The notes under the pieces are model-generated. The model saw nothing but the letters and a program-made list of their open reading frames with translations. It was not told the DNA's origin and searched no databases. Of a DNA stretch of 64,000 bases, positions 15,691-24,711 are shown piece by piece. The translations under genes and the position numbers were made by a program. Position 1 is the stretch's first letter, and each line of letters begins with the position of its first letter. The stretch comes from Actinomycetota bacterium (lineage in GTDB: Bacteria; Actinomycetota; Actinomycetes; S36-B12): assembly GCA_030650795.1 (NCBI GenBank), contig JAUSDJ010000017.1, positions 388,077-452,076 of the forward strand, in the 5' to 3' direction.

Positions 15691-16911
15691 TCACTTCTTG
15701 ACGAGGTCGAAGATATTGAAAATAGGCAGGTACATCGCCACGATCATCCCTCCGACAAGTGCACCGAGCATCATGATCATGATGGGTTCAATGAGCGCCA
15801 TCAGTTGCTCCGTTGTCGACTCAACCTCCTCGTCGTAGAAGTCGGCGATCTTTCCCAACATGTGATCTAGGGCTCCGGTGTCTTCGCCCACTGCCATCAT
15901 CTGCACCACCATGTCAGGAAAAACGCCATGCTCGGCAAGTGGTTTTGCGATGCTCGACCCCTGACGCACACTCTCCTTCACGTCATCGACCGCGCGACGG
16001 ATAACAATGTTTCCGGCTGTGTCACCAACGATGTCAAGCGCAACGAGGATCGGGACTCCTGCGCGCAGCAGTGCAGCGAAGTTACGGCTGAAGCGGGCCA
16101 GCGCGATCTTTTGGAAGAGGTGACCGAACACCGGCAAGCGAAACTTCATCGGGTCAACAATTGCGCGCAGCCACGGTTCGCGACTCACATGGTGGTACCA
16201 CCAGACCAGCAGAATGCTTCCGAGGATGATCGGGAAAAGGAAGTACGGATTCTTCACCAGATTTGACAGGTTCACCAGAAATTGGGTGGGAGCGGGAAGC
16301 TGTCCGCCGAGGTTGTTGAACATTTCGGAGAAGACCGGAACCACGAAGATGAGCATCGCTGTGGTGACGATCACTGCAATGACCCCTACTGCGACTGGAT
16401 AGGTCAACGCGGCCTTGATTCGACCACGCAGACGCACATCGGCCTCGATCGACTCAGCGATCTGCAGCATGGTCTCGTCCAGGAAGCCACCGACTTCGCC
16501 TGCTCTAATCATGTTGACCATGATCGGTGGGAATTCCTCATATTCCGCAAGGGATTCCGACAGTGCCGCGCCTCGTTCGACATCGTCACGGACACGAAGG
16601 AGGACTTCGCGAAGCCGTTGGCTCTCAGACTGCTCGGCCAGGATCGCCAGACACCGCAGTATCGGCAGGCCCGCACCGAGCATCGTGGCGAACTGGCGAG
16701 TCATGACAGCGAGGTCCTTGCCCTTGACCTTGGGCTTGCGAAGGTTGATATCACGATTCCAGCCGCCTGCCTTGGCCTCGACCGCTATCGGTGTCAGCCC
16801 GAGTTGACGTATGCGTGCAATGGCATCGGTCTCGCTCGATCCCCTGATCAGTTGCTCGACCAGCCGACCGTTGCGGGCGCGCGCTCTGACGAGGTACTCA
16901 ATCTGAGGCAT
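15691..16911 (-). CDS. pilC: Type IV pilus platform protein (GspF/PilC family)
   Basis: Two T2SS-F domains and polytopic membrane topology, with typical length. Start at ATG 16911 (MPQIEYL...); the alternative is 16944. Confidence 0.9.
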   Translation of the reverse strand: MPQIEYLVRARARNGRLVEQLIRGSSETDAIARIRQLGLTPIAVEAKAGGWNRDINLRKPKVKGKDLAVMTRQFATMLGAGLPILRCLAILAEQSESQRLREVLLRVRDDVERGAALSESLAEYEEFPPIMVNMIRAGEVGGFLDETMLQIAESIEADVRLRGRIKAALTYPVAVGVIAVIVTTAMLIFVVPVFSEMFNNLGGQLPAPTQFLVNLSNLVKNPYFLFPIILGSILLVWWYHHVSREPWLRAIVDPMKFRLPVFGHLFQKIALARFSRNFAALLRAGVPILVALDIVGDTAGNIVIRRAVDDVKESVRQGSSIAKPLAEHGVFPDMVVQMMAVGEDTGALDHMLGKIADFYDEEVESTTEQLMALIEPIMIMMLGALVGGMIVAMYLPIFNIFDLVKK

Positions 16912-18193
16912 TGGTGTCTCTTCCCAGTAGCTGGTCAAGTTCAAGGGCGTCTGAGCATTTCTCGCGCGCTACGTCGTACTCCACTGACCCGGCATTAACC
17001 AATTCAGCGAGGCTCTGATTCAGTGTGTGCATTCCATGTCGCGACCCTGTTTGCAGAGCCGAGGGGATCGACTGCAGCTTGCCCTCGCGGATCAGATTGC
17101 GGATCGCCGGCGTGGCAATCATGACCTCGGTCGCCGCGACGCGCCCTGCTGCATCAACCGTTCGACACAGGGTCTGGCAGACCACCGCTTCGATCGAATT
17201 GGCCAACTGCGTGCGGATCTGCGCCTGCTGCTCCGCCGGGAACACGTCGATTATTCGATCGATGGTGCTGGCAGCAGAGCTCGTATGCAGCGTGGCAAAG
17301 ACAAGGTGGCCTGTCTCCGCGGCCGTCAACGCAATCGAGATCGTCTCCAGATCACGCATCTCACCAACCAGGATCACATCCGGATCCTGACGAAGCGCGT
17401 GCTTGAGCGCATTGGCAAAAGACCAGGTGTCGGTGCCCACTTCGCGCTGATTGACGACGCAGGATCGGTGCTTGTGGACGAATTCGACGGGATCCTCGAT
17501 CGTGATGATGTGCCCCTTGCGCGTGCGATTCACCCGATCAACCATTGCTGCCAAAGTGGTGGACTTCCCCGAACCGGTCGGGCCGGTCACAAGCACCAGG
17601 CCGCGCGCAAGCTTGCACAGCTCGCCTAGTTCTGCCGGCATGTCCAAGGCCTCCAAGGACTTGATCTCCCAGGGAATGGCACGGAGGACTGCCCCCATGA
17701 AGCCTTGCTGCTGCAACAGGTTCACGCGAAAGCGTGCGGCACCGGGCAGCGCATAGGCTAAGTCGAGTTCCTTGTTCTCCTCAAAGACCTGCTTCTGACG
17801 GTCGGTCAGCACCGCGTAGAGCGCCGCCTTGATCTCCTGGCCAGAGAACGGCTGATATCCCACTACCGGTTGCAGATCGCCGTTCACACGAATCAGCGGA
17901 GGTGAGCCCACGCTGAGGTGCAGATCGGAGCCACCACTTTCCAATAGTTGAACGAGCAGCTCATCAAGGACGAAGCCGCCCATCAACCCCGATCGCTCTT
18001 CGCGGGGACGCGCCACGATCCCGATATCACCGGGCGCCGGCGGCAGGGCAGGTGCGACAACCGTCGATCTTGCTGCGGCTTTGGGTGCAGACGCATGGCC
18101 GCCAGGTGACATGAGACCGATCGGCGGCACAGTGGGCAAGACCAGCTCGACTGGCTTGGCCGAGACCGGCAAGTTGAAATCCTCGTCATTCAT
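16898..18193 (-). CDS. pilT: Twitching-motility retraction ATPase PilT with Pro/Ala-rich N-terminal extension
   Basis: Walker A GPTGSGKSTT and the PilT signature AIRNLIREGK. ATG at 18193 (the ORF track uses TTG at 18208). An internal ATG at 17983 would give a canonical-length PilT. Confidence 0.9.
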   Translation of the reverse strand: MNDEDFNLPVSAKPVELVLPTVPPIGLMSPGGHASAPKAAARSTVVAPALPPAPGDIGIVARPREERSGLMGGFVLDELLVQLLESGGSDLHLSVGSPPLIRVNGDLQPVVGYQPFSGQEIKAALYAVLTDRQKQVFEENKELDLAYALPGAARFRVNLLQQQGFMGAVLRAIPWEIKSLEALDMPAELGELCKLARGLVLVTGPTGSGKSTTLAAMVDRVNRTRKGHIITIEDPVEFVHKHRSCVVNQREVGTDTWSFANALKHALRQDPDVILVGEMRDLETISIALTAAETGHLVFATLHTSSAASTIDRIIDVFPAEQQAQIRTQLANSIEAVVCQTLCRTVDAAGRVAATEVMIATPAIRNLIREGKLQSIPSALQTGSRHGMHTLNQSLAELVNAGSVEYDVAREKCSDALELDQLLGRDTNASD

Positions 18194-18220
18194 CGGCGGC
18201 CCTTTCAAGAGTGACCACGA

Positions 18221-19900
18221 CTAGGCGATCACGCGCAGGACTTCGCTGATCGTGGTCAGCCCCTGTGAGACCTTCAGCCAGCCGTCTTGTCGAAGGGTGC
18301 GCATGCCGGCATCGATCGCCACCCGACTTACTTCATCGGAAGTGGCCCGGCCGAATGCGAGTCGGCCGATGTCCTCAGACATTGGCATCACTTCATGCAG
18401 GCCCATGCGCCCTCGGTAGCCGGTGTTCGCGCAGCTCGAGCAGCCTTTCGGCTCGTAGAAGGTGGGATCCAGATCCGGCTGATACTCAAAGTGCACCACC
18501 GCCAATTCAGCAACGCTCTTGTTCACGCGACGCTTGCAGTCAGGGCACAGTCGCCGGGCCAGGCGTTGACTTGTGGCGCAAGCGAGTGCCGAGCTCACCA
18601 GGAATGGCTCGATCCCCATTTCGATGAGCCGCGTGATCACACTCGGTGCATTGTTGGTATGCAGCGTGGTCAGAACCAAATGACCGGTGAGCGCTGATTC
18701 CACCGCGATCTGGGCGGTCTCATAGTCGCGAATCTCACCGATCAGGATGACATCAGGATCGGCACGCAGAATCGAGCGCAGAGCTGAGGCGAAGGTGAGC
18801 CCTGCCTTGGCATTCGTCTGAATCTGGTTGATGCCCGGGATGCGGTACTCGACGGGATCCTCGACCGTCACGATGTTGATCTCAGGCTTTGTGACAGTGT
18901 TCAGAGTCGCGTACAAGGTCGTGGACTTTCCTGATCCGGTCGGGCCACTGACAATCAGCATGCCATTGGGTCGCTCGAAGGAGTCCCGCCAATGACTCAG
19001 GTTCGGCGCAGAGAAGCCGAGATCCGATAACGTCATCTGGGCAGAGGAATTGTCCAGAATGCGCATCACGATCTTCTCGCCCCACACAGTCGGCAAGCAG
19101 TTGACCCGCAGATCGACCTTCTTGCCTTGCCAGATCAATGACAGTCGTCCATCTTGCGGTACTCGGCGTTCGGCGATGTTCATTTCAGCCATGATCTTCA
19201 GTCGCGAGATCAAGGCCGACTGCATCTCCTTGGGTGCCGGCGCCTGCTCTTTGAGCACGCCATCGATCCTGAATCGGATTCGGATGTAGTCCTCGCTGGG
19301 CTCAACGTGGATATCGGAGGCCTTGTCGGAGATCGCCTGATTCAGCAGCAGATTGACATAGCGCACCAGCGGAGCATCAGACGTCGACACCACTGGTGCC
19401 TGGATGTCGATGAGCTTCTCGTCGACGAGCATGTCACGCACGAGTTCGCCGAGTTCATACTCTGCGCGGTACAACTGATTGATGCGAATAGCGATCTCAG
19501 CCTTCATTGCACAGGCGAATCGCACAGAATGATGGGTGATCGTCTCCAGATCCTCACCGATCTGCCAATTGGCCGCCGTCTGCGAATCGGCGACTACGAC
19601 AAGGGTCTGTGCCTCGAATGCGACGGGGATCACCTGGTACCTGCGTGCCTGATCACCCGTGAGCAGGTGCACCGCCGACTCATCCACCTTCAGGCTCATG
19701 ATGTCGATAAACTCCAGTCCAGCGGCTTGCACTGTCGCGCGCACGATGTCCTTCTTTGTGATACTTCCCTGCTGCACCAAGATATTGAGCACAGGCTCGC
19801 CCCGCGAAGTCGCGACCGCTTCCGCGGCCGCCTTCTGCTCTCTCGTGATGAGGCCACTCATCACCAGGATTTCGGCGACAGAGCCTGAAGAACTATTCAC
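18221..19900 (-). CDS. pilB: Type IV pilus assembly ATPase (GspE/PilB family)
   Basis: N-terminal GspE_N/MshEN-like domain, Walker A GPTGSGKSTTLY, tetracysteine CPDC...CSSC motif. GTG start overlaps the upstream stop (GTGAATAG). Confidence 0.9.
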   Translation of the reverse strand: MNSSSGSVAEILVMSGLITREQKAAAEAVATSRGEPVLNILVQQGSITKKDIVRATVQAAGLEFIDIMSLKVDESAVHLLTGDQARRYQVIPVAFEAQTLVVVADSQTAANWQIGEDLETITHHSVRFACAMKAEIAIRINQLYRAEYELGELVRDMLVDEKLIDIQAPVVSTSDAPLVRYVNLLLNQAISDKASDIHVEPSEDYIRIRFRIDGVLKEQAPAPKEMQSALISRLKIMAEMNIAERRVPQDGRLSLIWQGKKVDLRVNCLPTVWGEKIVMRILDNSSAQMTLSDLGFSAPNLSHWRDSFERPNGMLIVSGPTGSGKSTTLYATLNTVTKPEINIVTVEDPVEYRIPGINQIQTNAKAGLTFASALRSILRADPDVILIGEIRDYETAQIAVESALTGHLVLTTLHTNNAPSVITRLIEMGIEPFLVSSALACATSQRLARRLCPDCKRRVNKSVAELAVVHFEYQPDLDPTFYEPKGCSSCANTGYRGRMGLHEVMPMSEDIGRLAFGRATSDEVSRVAIDAGMRTLRQDGWLKVSQGLTTISEVLRVIA

Positions 19901-21056
19901 GGAATCCCGCCCGTCTCAGCGCCACAAGGAGATCCGTCACATTCGATGCCACCGTCTCGGCCTCGCGAAGAGACACGTCGCCTGCGAGTACGAGTCGGAC
20001 GGCATCCTGCTCGAAAGAACGCATGCCGTAGTACTCACCATCGGTGATGATCTCGCCCAGCAGCGCTGTCTTCGTGGAGTCGGCCACAGCCTCCTTTACC
20101 CGTGGAGTCGCCACGGCAACCTCGCATATGAGCACGCGCCCATCTCCACGCGCAGACGCCACCAGTTGCTGGCAGAGGATCCCTTGCAGGGACTCGGCAA
20201 CCGAGGCTCGCGCCTGGCGCTGCTCGTCTGCCGGAAACATGTCGACGATGCGATGAACGGCATCGACGACCGACTTTGCGTGGAGGCTGGCGAGCACCAG
20301 ATGTCCTGTCTCGGCTGCCTGCAAGGCCGTACGCATGGTCTCGACGTCCCTGATCTCACCGATCAGGATGACGTCGGGATCTTGGCGAAGACCGGATCTC
20401 AGTGCCTGCGCAAAGTCGAAAGTGTCGGTATGAAGTTCGCGCTGGCTGATCGTGGCCAACTTGTTCCGATGAATGAACTCAATCGGATCCTCGATGGTGA
20501 GGATGTGACAGCGACGCTCCTCATTGATGAGGTCCACGAGAGCGGCCAGAGTGGTGGACTTGCCCGAGCCCGTCGGTCCGCAGACCAACACCAACCCCGC
20601 AGTGGCGCGCGCGAGGGTGCCTGTCACATTCGGGAGTCCCAGCTCCACCAGACTGGGAACCTGCTCCCGGACAAGTCTCAGGACCATCGCATCTGCCCCG
20701 CGAGCACGGTAGGCATTCACGCGAAATCGGGCTGCCGAGTTCGAGACAAGGGCGAAATCGCACTCGTGGTCGCGAATGAACGCCGCCTGATCGGCTCCAC
20801 TCGTCATCGCCTGCCCGACGAGTGCTGAAGCATCCTGCTCGGTGAGATCGGGCAGATCGAGAGGGAACAACTGACCTGAGACACGCAGGAGCGGTGGGGC
20901 TCCGGCTCGGACATGCACATCGGAAGCGCCAAGCGCCACTGCCGCCGTGAGTATCTGCTCGAGTTCAACAGGCGTAGTCGCCAAGTCACCCTCGACTGCG
21001 CTCGCCCCGGCCTCAAGTGGAGCGGCACCGTCGAATTGCGAAACCAGTAGAGCCAT
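19893..21056 (-). CDS. Second PilT-family ATPase (PilT2/PilU-like); start uncertain
   Basis: Walker A GPTGSGKSTT and a PilT-like core. The AIRNLIRE signature is replaced by ATPRVKEAV. A TTG at 20984 would give a canonical N-terminus (see findings). Confidence 0.8.
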   Translation of the reverse strand: MALLVSQFDGAAPLEAGASAVEGDLATTPVELEQILTAAVALGASDVHVRAGAPPLLRVSGQLFPLDLPDLTEQDASALVGQAMTSGADQAAFIRDHECDFALVSNSAARFRVNAYRARGADAMVLRLVREQVPSLVELGLPNVTGTLARATAGLVLVCGPTGSGKSTTLAALVDLINEERRCHILTIEDPIEFIHRNKLATISQRELHTDTFDFAQALRSGLRQDPDVILIGEIRDVETMRTALQAAETGHLVLASLHAKSVVDAVHRIVDMFPADEQRQARASVAESLQGILCQQLVASARGDGRVLICEVAVATPRVKEAVADSTKTALLGEIITDGEYYGMRSFEQDAVRLVLAGDVSLREAETVASNVTDLLVALRRAGFRE

Positions 21057-21192
21057 ACCAGTGGTTTCGGATCAACTTCGCAGCGCTAGCCCGACCGCGC
21101 GGAAATACCGACACGAGAAGTATCGACCCAAGCAGGCCCTCCGCCCATGGTTGCGCCGATACCCCCGAAGAGGGACGACGAGGAGGATGAGC

Positions 21193-22335
21193 ATGGCCAA
21201 GGGCGAGTTCTGCCTCATAGGGCTCGATATCGGCACGACCGGCATCCGCGCCGTGGAACTTCGCCGATCGCGCTCGACTGCTGATCTCGAAATCGTCCGA
21301 ATGGCCTGCGCGGAATTGCCACCGGGAGTCATGTCCGACGGTGCGGTCATCGACCAGCCCGCGTTGGCCAAGGCCATCCGTGCACTCTGGCGGCAGGGAC
21401 GCTTCCGGACTCGGCGCCTGGCCTTCGCTGTTACTGATCCCAACGTGCTCACGCGTCAGCTGGATCTGGCATGGATGCCCCCAGACGATTTCAAAGCCGC
21501 ACTTCGATACCAGGTGCAAGGCTCACTGCCATTCGACTTCGATTCCGTCGCGCTCGACTACCACCTGCTCGCCGAGATCGAGCGGACGGACACCAAAGGT
21601 CAGGCGACCACCGACAACAGAGTTCTTGTGGTGGCAACGAATCGTGAGCACACGGCCGCGATCGCGTCCGCAATCCGCAAGGCGGGCCTTGAGCCCGTCG
21701 TTGCCGACCACGCGCCCTTTGCTCTCATTCGTTCGGTCTGCCAAGGGCATTTGCCCAACGACGCAAGCGTGCACGCGGTAGTCGATATCGGAGCCGACCA
21801 GATGACCGTGGTCATTCACTCGGAAGGCCAGCCTCGGTTCATCCGCACCCTCAGCCAACTTGGGAGCAATCTTGCCACCCGATCGATCGCGAGTGCGCTC
21901 GATATCGACAGTGACGAGGCCGAGGCGCTCAAGCGCTCAACAGGGTTGAACGGGGCAGCCCCAACCGTGGTCTCCATCGCAGAATCGAGCGTGTTCAGCA
22001 CGATCGTGGATTCGCAAGCCGCCGAGATCGACCAGCGCTCTTTGGTAGCCCTCAGCGAACTCAATACCTGGGCCGCCACCATCGTCGGTGAGATCGCCAA
22101 TTCCATCGACTACTACGCATCGGGCATAGGTGTTGCTCCCGTCGAATCAGTTCTCCTTGTAGGGCGTGCGGCGAATCTCGATGGATTGCGCGAGCGCATT
22201 GCGACTCAATTGCCCTATCCAGTGCAAAGTGCCGACGCAACCATGGGCCTCAGCGTCAATCCGAAGCTTCGAGAGTATGCACAGGATGCTCAGGCCGCGC
22301 TGGCCATAGGTCTGGCCATGGCGGTTAAGACATGA
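21193..22335 (+). CDS. pilM: Type IV pilus assembly protein PilM (actin-like ATPase fold)
   Basis: GLDIGTTGIRAVEL N-terminus. AGGAGGA RBS 5 nt before the ATG at 21193. The ORF-track extension to 20947 overlaps pilT2 on the opposite strand. Confidence 0.85.
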   Translation: MAKGEFCLIGLDIGTTGIRAVELRRSRSTADLEIVRMACAELPPGVMSDGAVIDQPALAKAIRALWRQGRFRTRRLAFAVTDPNVLTRQLDLAWMPPDDFKAALRYQVQGSLPFDFDSVALDYHLLAEIERTDTKGQATTDNRVLVVATNREHTAAIASAIRKAGLEPVVADHAPFALIRSVCQGHLPNDASVHAVVDIGADQMTVVIHSEGQPRFIRTLSQLGSNLATRSIASALDIDSDEAEALKRSTGLNGAAPTVVSIAESSVFSTIVDSQAAEIDQRSLVALSELNTWAATIVGEIANSIDYYASGIGVAPVESVLLVGRAANLDGLRERIATQLPYPVQSADATMGLSVNPKLREYAQDAQAALAIGLAMAVKT

Positions 22336-23174
22336 GTAGGCCGAGGACAGACTGGCGGCAGATTAGCTTCGGCGATGTCCTCAGCCGGATTCGTCGACGG
22401 GAGCCCAAAGACAGCGATGCGCGAACGAAGTTCACTCCCACTCTTCCTATGGTGAATCTGCTTCCAGTCGAAATTCGCGAATCCATCTTCCTGAGCAAGG
22501 TCTTCCGCGCGGGCATGCTCGCTGCAATCGTGCTGATGGCGATCGCAACGCTGATCTGGTTGGTTCAGGCGCCGGCGATCAATTCCTCCAGCGCGGCACT
22601 TGCAGACGCACAGGCGGCAAACGCACATGAACAAGCCCAGGTCCAGGCACTGTCGCCCATTGCGCAGATGCTCAACCAGATCACTAGCCAGAAGAAACTG
22701 GTCGTCACCACTCTCGCTTCTCAACCCAAAGCCGCTGCGATCAGCCGTCGCCTCCTGGCAGCCGCAGCAAGCACCGGCTCGCCTGCCATCACATTCGACA
22801 CGATCTCCGTGACCTATTCCGGTATCCCAAACGGGAGGCCAGTAGCAAACCCCTGCCCTAACCCGGATCCATTCTCATCCCCAGTTGCAATCGGATGCAT
22901 AGTGTTCAGCGCCTCCGCCGGCACCCGCGAGCAGGTCTCCCGACTGCTGACCGCCTTGGGTCGCGATTCCTTGTTCATCGGCCCCTATGTCGGCAACTCA
23001 ACTCTGGCCGCCCCAGGAGTCGGCAGCCGTCAATCCGTGGCGTTCTCAGGCACGGTCGGTATCTCCCTCGGTGGGCTATCAACGCCTCTCAGCTCCGCAC
23101 AACGCAAGGCTCTGCAGGCCGCGGCGACAGCGACCCCCGGCACAGGCCTCGCGGCAACGAAGGCGGGCGCATAG
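22332..23174 (+). CDS. pilN: PilN-like fimbrial assembly protein (280 aa, longer than usual)
   Basis: ATGA overlap with pilM. VNLLPVEIRE motif followed by one TM helix. Confidence 0.6.
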   Translation: MSRPRTDWRQISFGDVLSRIRRREPKDSDARTKFTPTLPMVNLLPVEIRESIFLSKVFRAGMLAAIVLMAIATLIWLVQAPAINSSSAALADAQAANAHEQAQVQALSPIAQMLNQITSQKKLVVTTLASQPKAAAISRRLLAAAASTGSPAITFDTISVTYSGIPNGRPVANPCPNPDPFSSPVAIGCIVFSASAGTREQVSRLLTALGRDSLFIGPYVGNSTLAAPGVGSRQSVAFSGTVGISLGGLSTPLSSAQRKALQAAATATPGTGLAATKAGA

Positions 23175-23176
23175 CG

Positions 23177-23857
23177 ATGCGTATTGGGAGGGTGAAACTT
23201 GCCGTGACTGGAGTGATCGTCGCGCTGATCCTCTTCGCCGCCGCGCTGTGGTCGCTCGTGCTTTCGCCCCGAATCTCGACAGCTGCCCAACTCAAGGAGC
23301 AGTCGGCTCAGGTCGAGCAGGCGAACATCACGCTCGCCCGACGTCATGGCGAGATTCTGGATCTGGCAGCGAAGGCACCCCAGCTGGCTCATGAGGCGCA
23401 GCAACTCTTCTCCAGGATGCCTGAGTCTGCGAAGTTGCCGGCCGTTCTGCGGCAAATCGCTGCTGCAGCAATCGCATCGGGCATCTCGACTCAGAACGTC
23501 CTGTTGATCAACACCTCAATTCCCGAAAGCCTGGACAAGGTCGACAACTCAAGTAACCAGATATCCGCAAACGCGGCCAGCAGTCTGGGAGTCAACCTGG
23601 CCACGATGACGATTGAGATCACGGTGAACGGGAGCCAGGCGCAGCGATTGAGGTTCCTGGACAAGGTCCAGCACCTCGATCGGGGTCTGCTCATCAACGC
23701 TCACAGCACGATCACTGACGGAACTCATGCAACATCTGGAACCCTGACCGTGACCGGCACAATGTTCGTTCTGCAGTCCAAGCTCCCTGATCTGGTGGCC
23801 AAGGCGCAGACGATCATCGACAAAGCGCAACAGGAAGCTGTCGGCCAGAAGCGCTGA
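23177..23857 (+). CDS. pilO: PilO-like pilus assembly protein
   Basis: ATG 2 nt after the pilN stop. N-terminal TM helix, then a coiled coil, then an alpha/beta C-domain (LPAVLRQIAAAAIASGISTQNV). Confidence 0.55.
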   Translation: MRIGRVKLAVTGVIVALILFAAALWSLVLSPRISTAAQLKEQSAQVEQANITLARRHGEILDLAAKAPQLAHEAQQLFSRMPESAKLPAVLRQIAAAAIASGISTQNVLLINTSIPESLDKVDNSSNQISANAASSLGVNLATMTIEITVNGSQAQRLRFLDKVQHLDRGLLINAHSTITDGTHATSGTLTVTGTMFVLQSKLPDLVAKAQTIIDKAQQEAVGQKR

Positions 23858-23874
23858 CCGTGCAATCGAAGCCA

Positions 23875-24669
23875 TCAATCGATGGCGGGAAGTACTCCTG
23901 CGAATCGCGTTCCATCAGGCTGGCCCAGACCATCGGCCAACACTCTTCGAACAGTTTCGACCGCGGCCGGGAATGCATCGGGTAGGCGGGGAACGTCAGC
24001 CATGGCCGTATTCACCAGTTCCCAGCGCAAGACCACCGTCCATAACCTGGCATCTCTTGTTGCCACAGCCGATTCGACCAGATACGCCTCAAGGGATTGA
24101 AAGTCGCTCTCATAGGCGAGTTCTATTGCCAAATGACTTTCGCCTGCAGCCTGTGCGCGCAGTGCGGAAAGCATGCATTCATTGGCCTCCTCCCGCCGGC
24201 GCAGGACGAAGTCCGGAGCACTCAGGCCTCGCAGCAGTTCGGTTGTGCATTGCAGCATCGCCTCTTCGGATGGATGCGGCACATCTGACAGGTAGCTGAG
24301 ACCTGTAACCCGACTCACCAAGACCTGCGCTACCTCGCCTGAAAGAGCACCCACCATCTTCTCGCGTGCGTTGAGCAGCACTTCCGCACTGGATCGATCG
24401 GCCTCGTACCCAACGTGCGCAGCGGCCAAGGCGTTAATTGCGATCTCAGACGCGGCAAAGTATCTGCGTGCAGGCGCGCGCTGCCCGATCACTATGCGTT
24501 CGAACAGGCTGGCTTGAAGCATGGAAACATCGGCTCCCCAGGCAAAGATGACTGCACGGGGTGCATCGCCCGCCGCCGCCTGGCGTCGCGAGGCGAGGTC
24601 ATAAACGCGTGCATGCCGCAGACATTGGACGCGAATTGCATCCGCCGTCGGCCCATCACTCATCTGCAT
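23875..24669 (-). CDS. Hypothetical protein (264 aa), last gene of the minor-pilin operon
   Basis: Starts 42 nt after the PilX-like stop. No signal peptide or motif recognised. Confidence 0.5.
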   Translation of the reverse strand: MQMSDGPTADAIRVQCLRHARVYDLASRRQAAAGDAPRAVIFAWGADVSMLQASLFERIVIGQRAPARRYFAASEIAINALAAAHVGYEADRSSAEVLLNAREKMVGALSGEVAQVLVSRVTGLSYLSDVPHPSEEAMLQCTTELLRGLSAPDFVLRRREEANECMLSALRAQAAGESHLAIELAYESDFQSLEAYLVESAVATRDARLWTVVLRWELVNTAMADVPRLPDAFPAAVETVRRVLADGLGQPDGTRFAGVLPAID

Positions 24670-24711
24670 GGCTTCCCGGCTTGCTGGCTCTCCGGACGTA
24701 TAGCGGGAGCA

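Noticed and set aside
21150-21165. GCCGATAC upstream of pilM resembles the sigma-28/WhiG -10 element GCCGATAA. That would be attractive given the sigma-like gene in the locus.
   Set aside because: No TAAA-type -35 lies at the required ~15-nt distance. A similar CCGATAC at about 10745 also lacks a -35. A 7/8 match to a GC-rich octamer is not convincing on its own.
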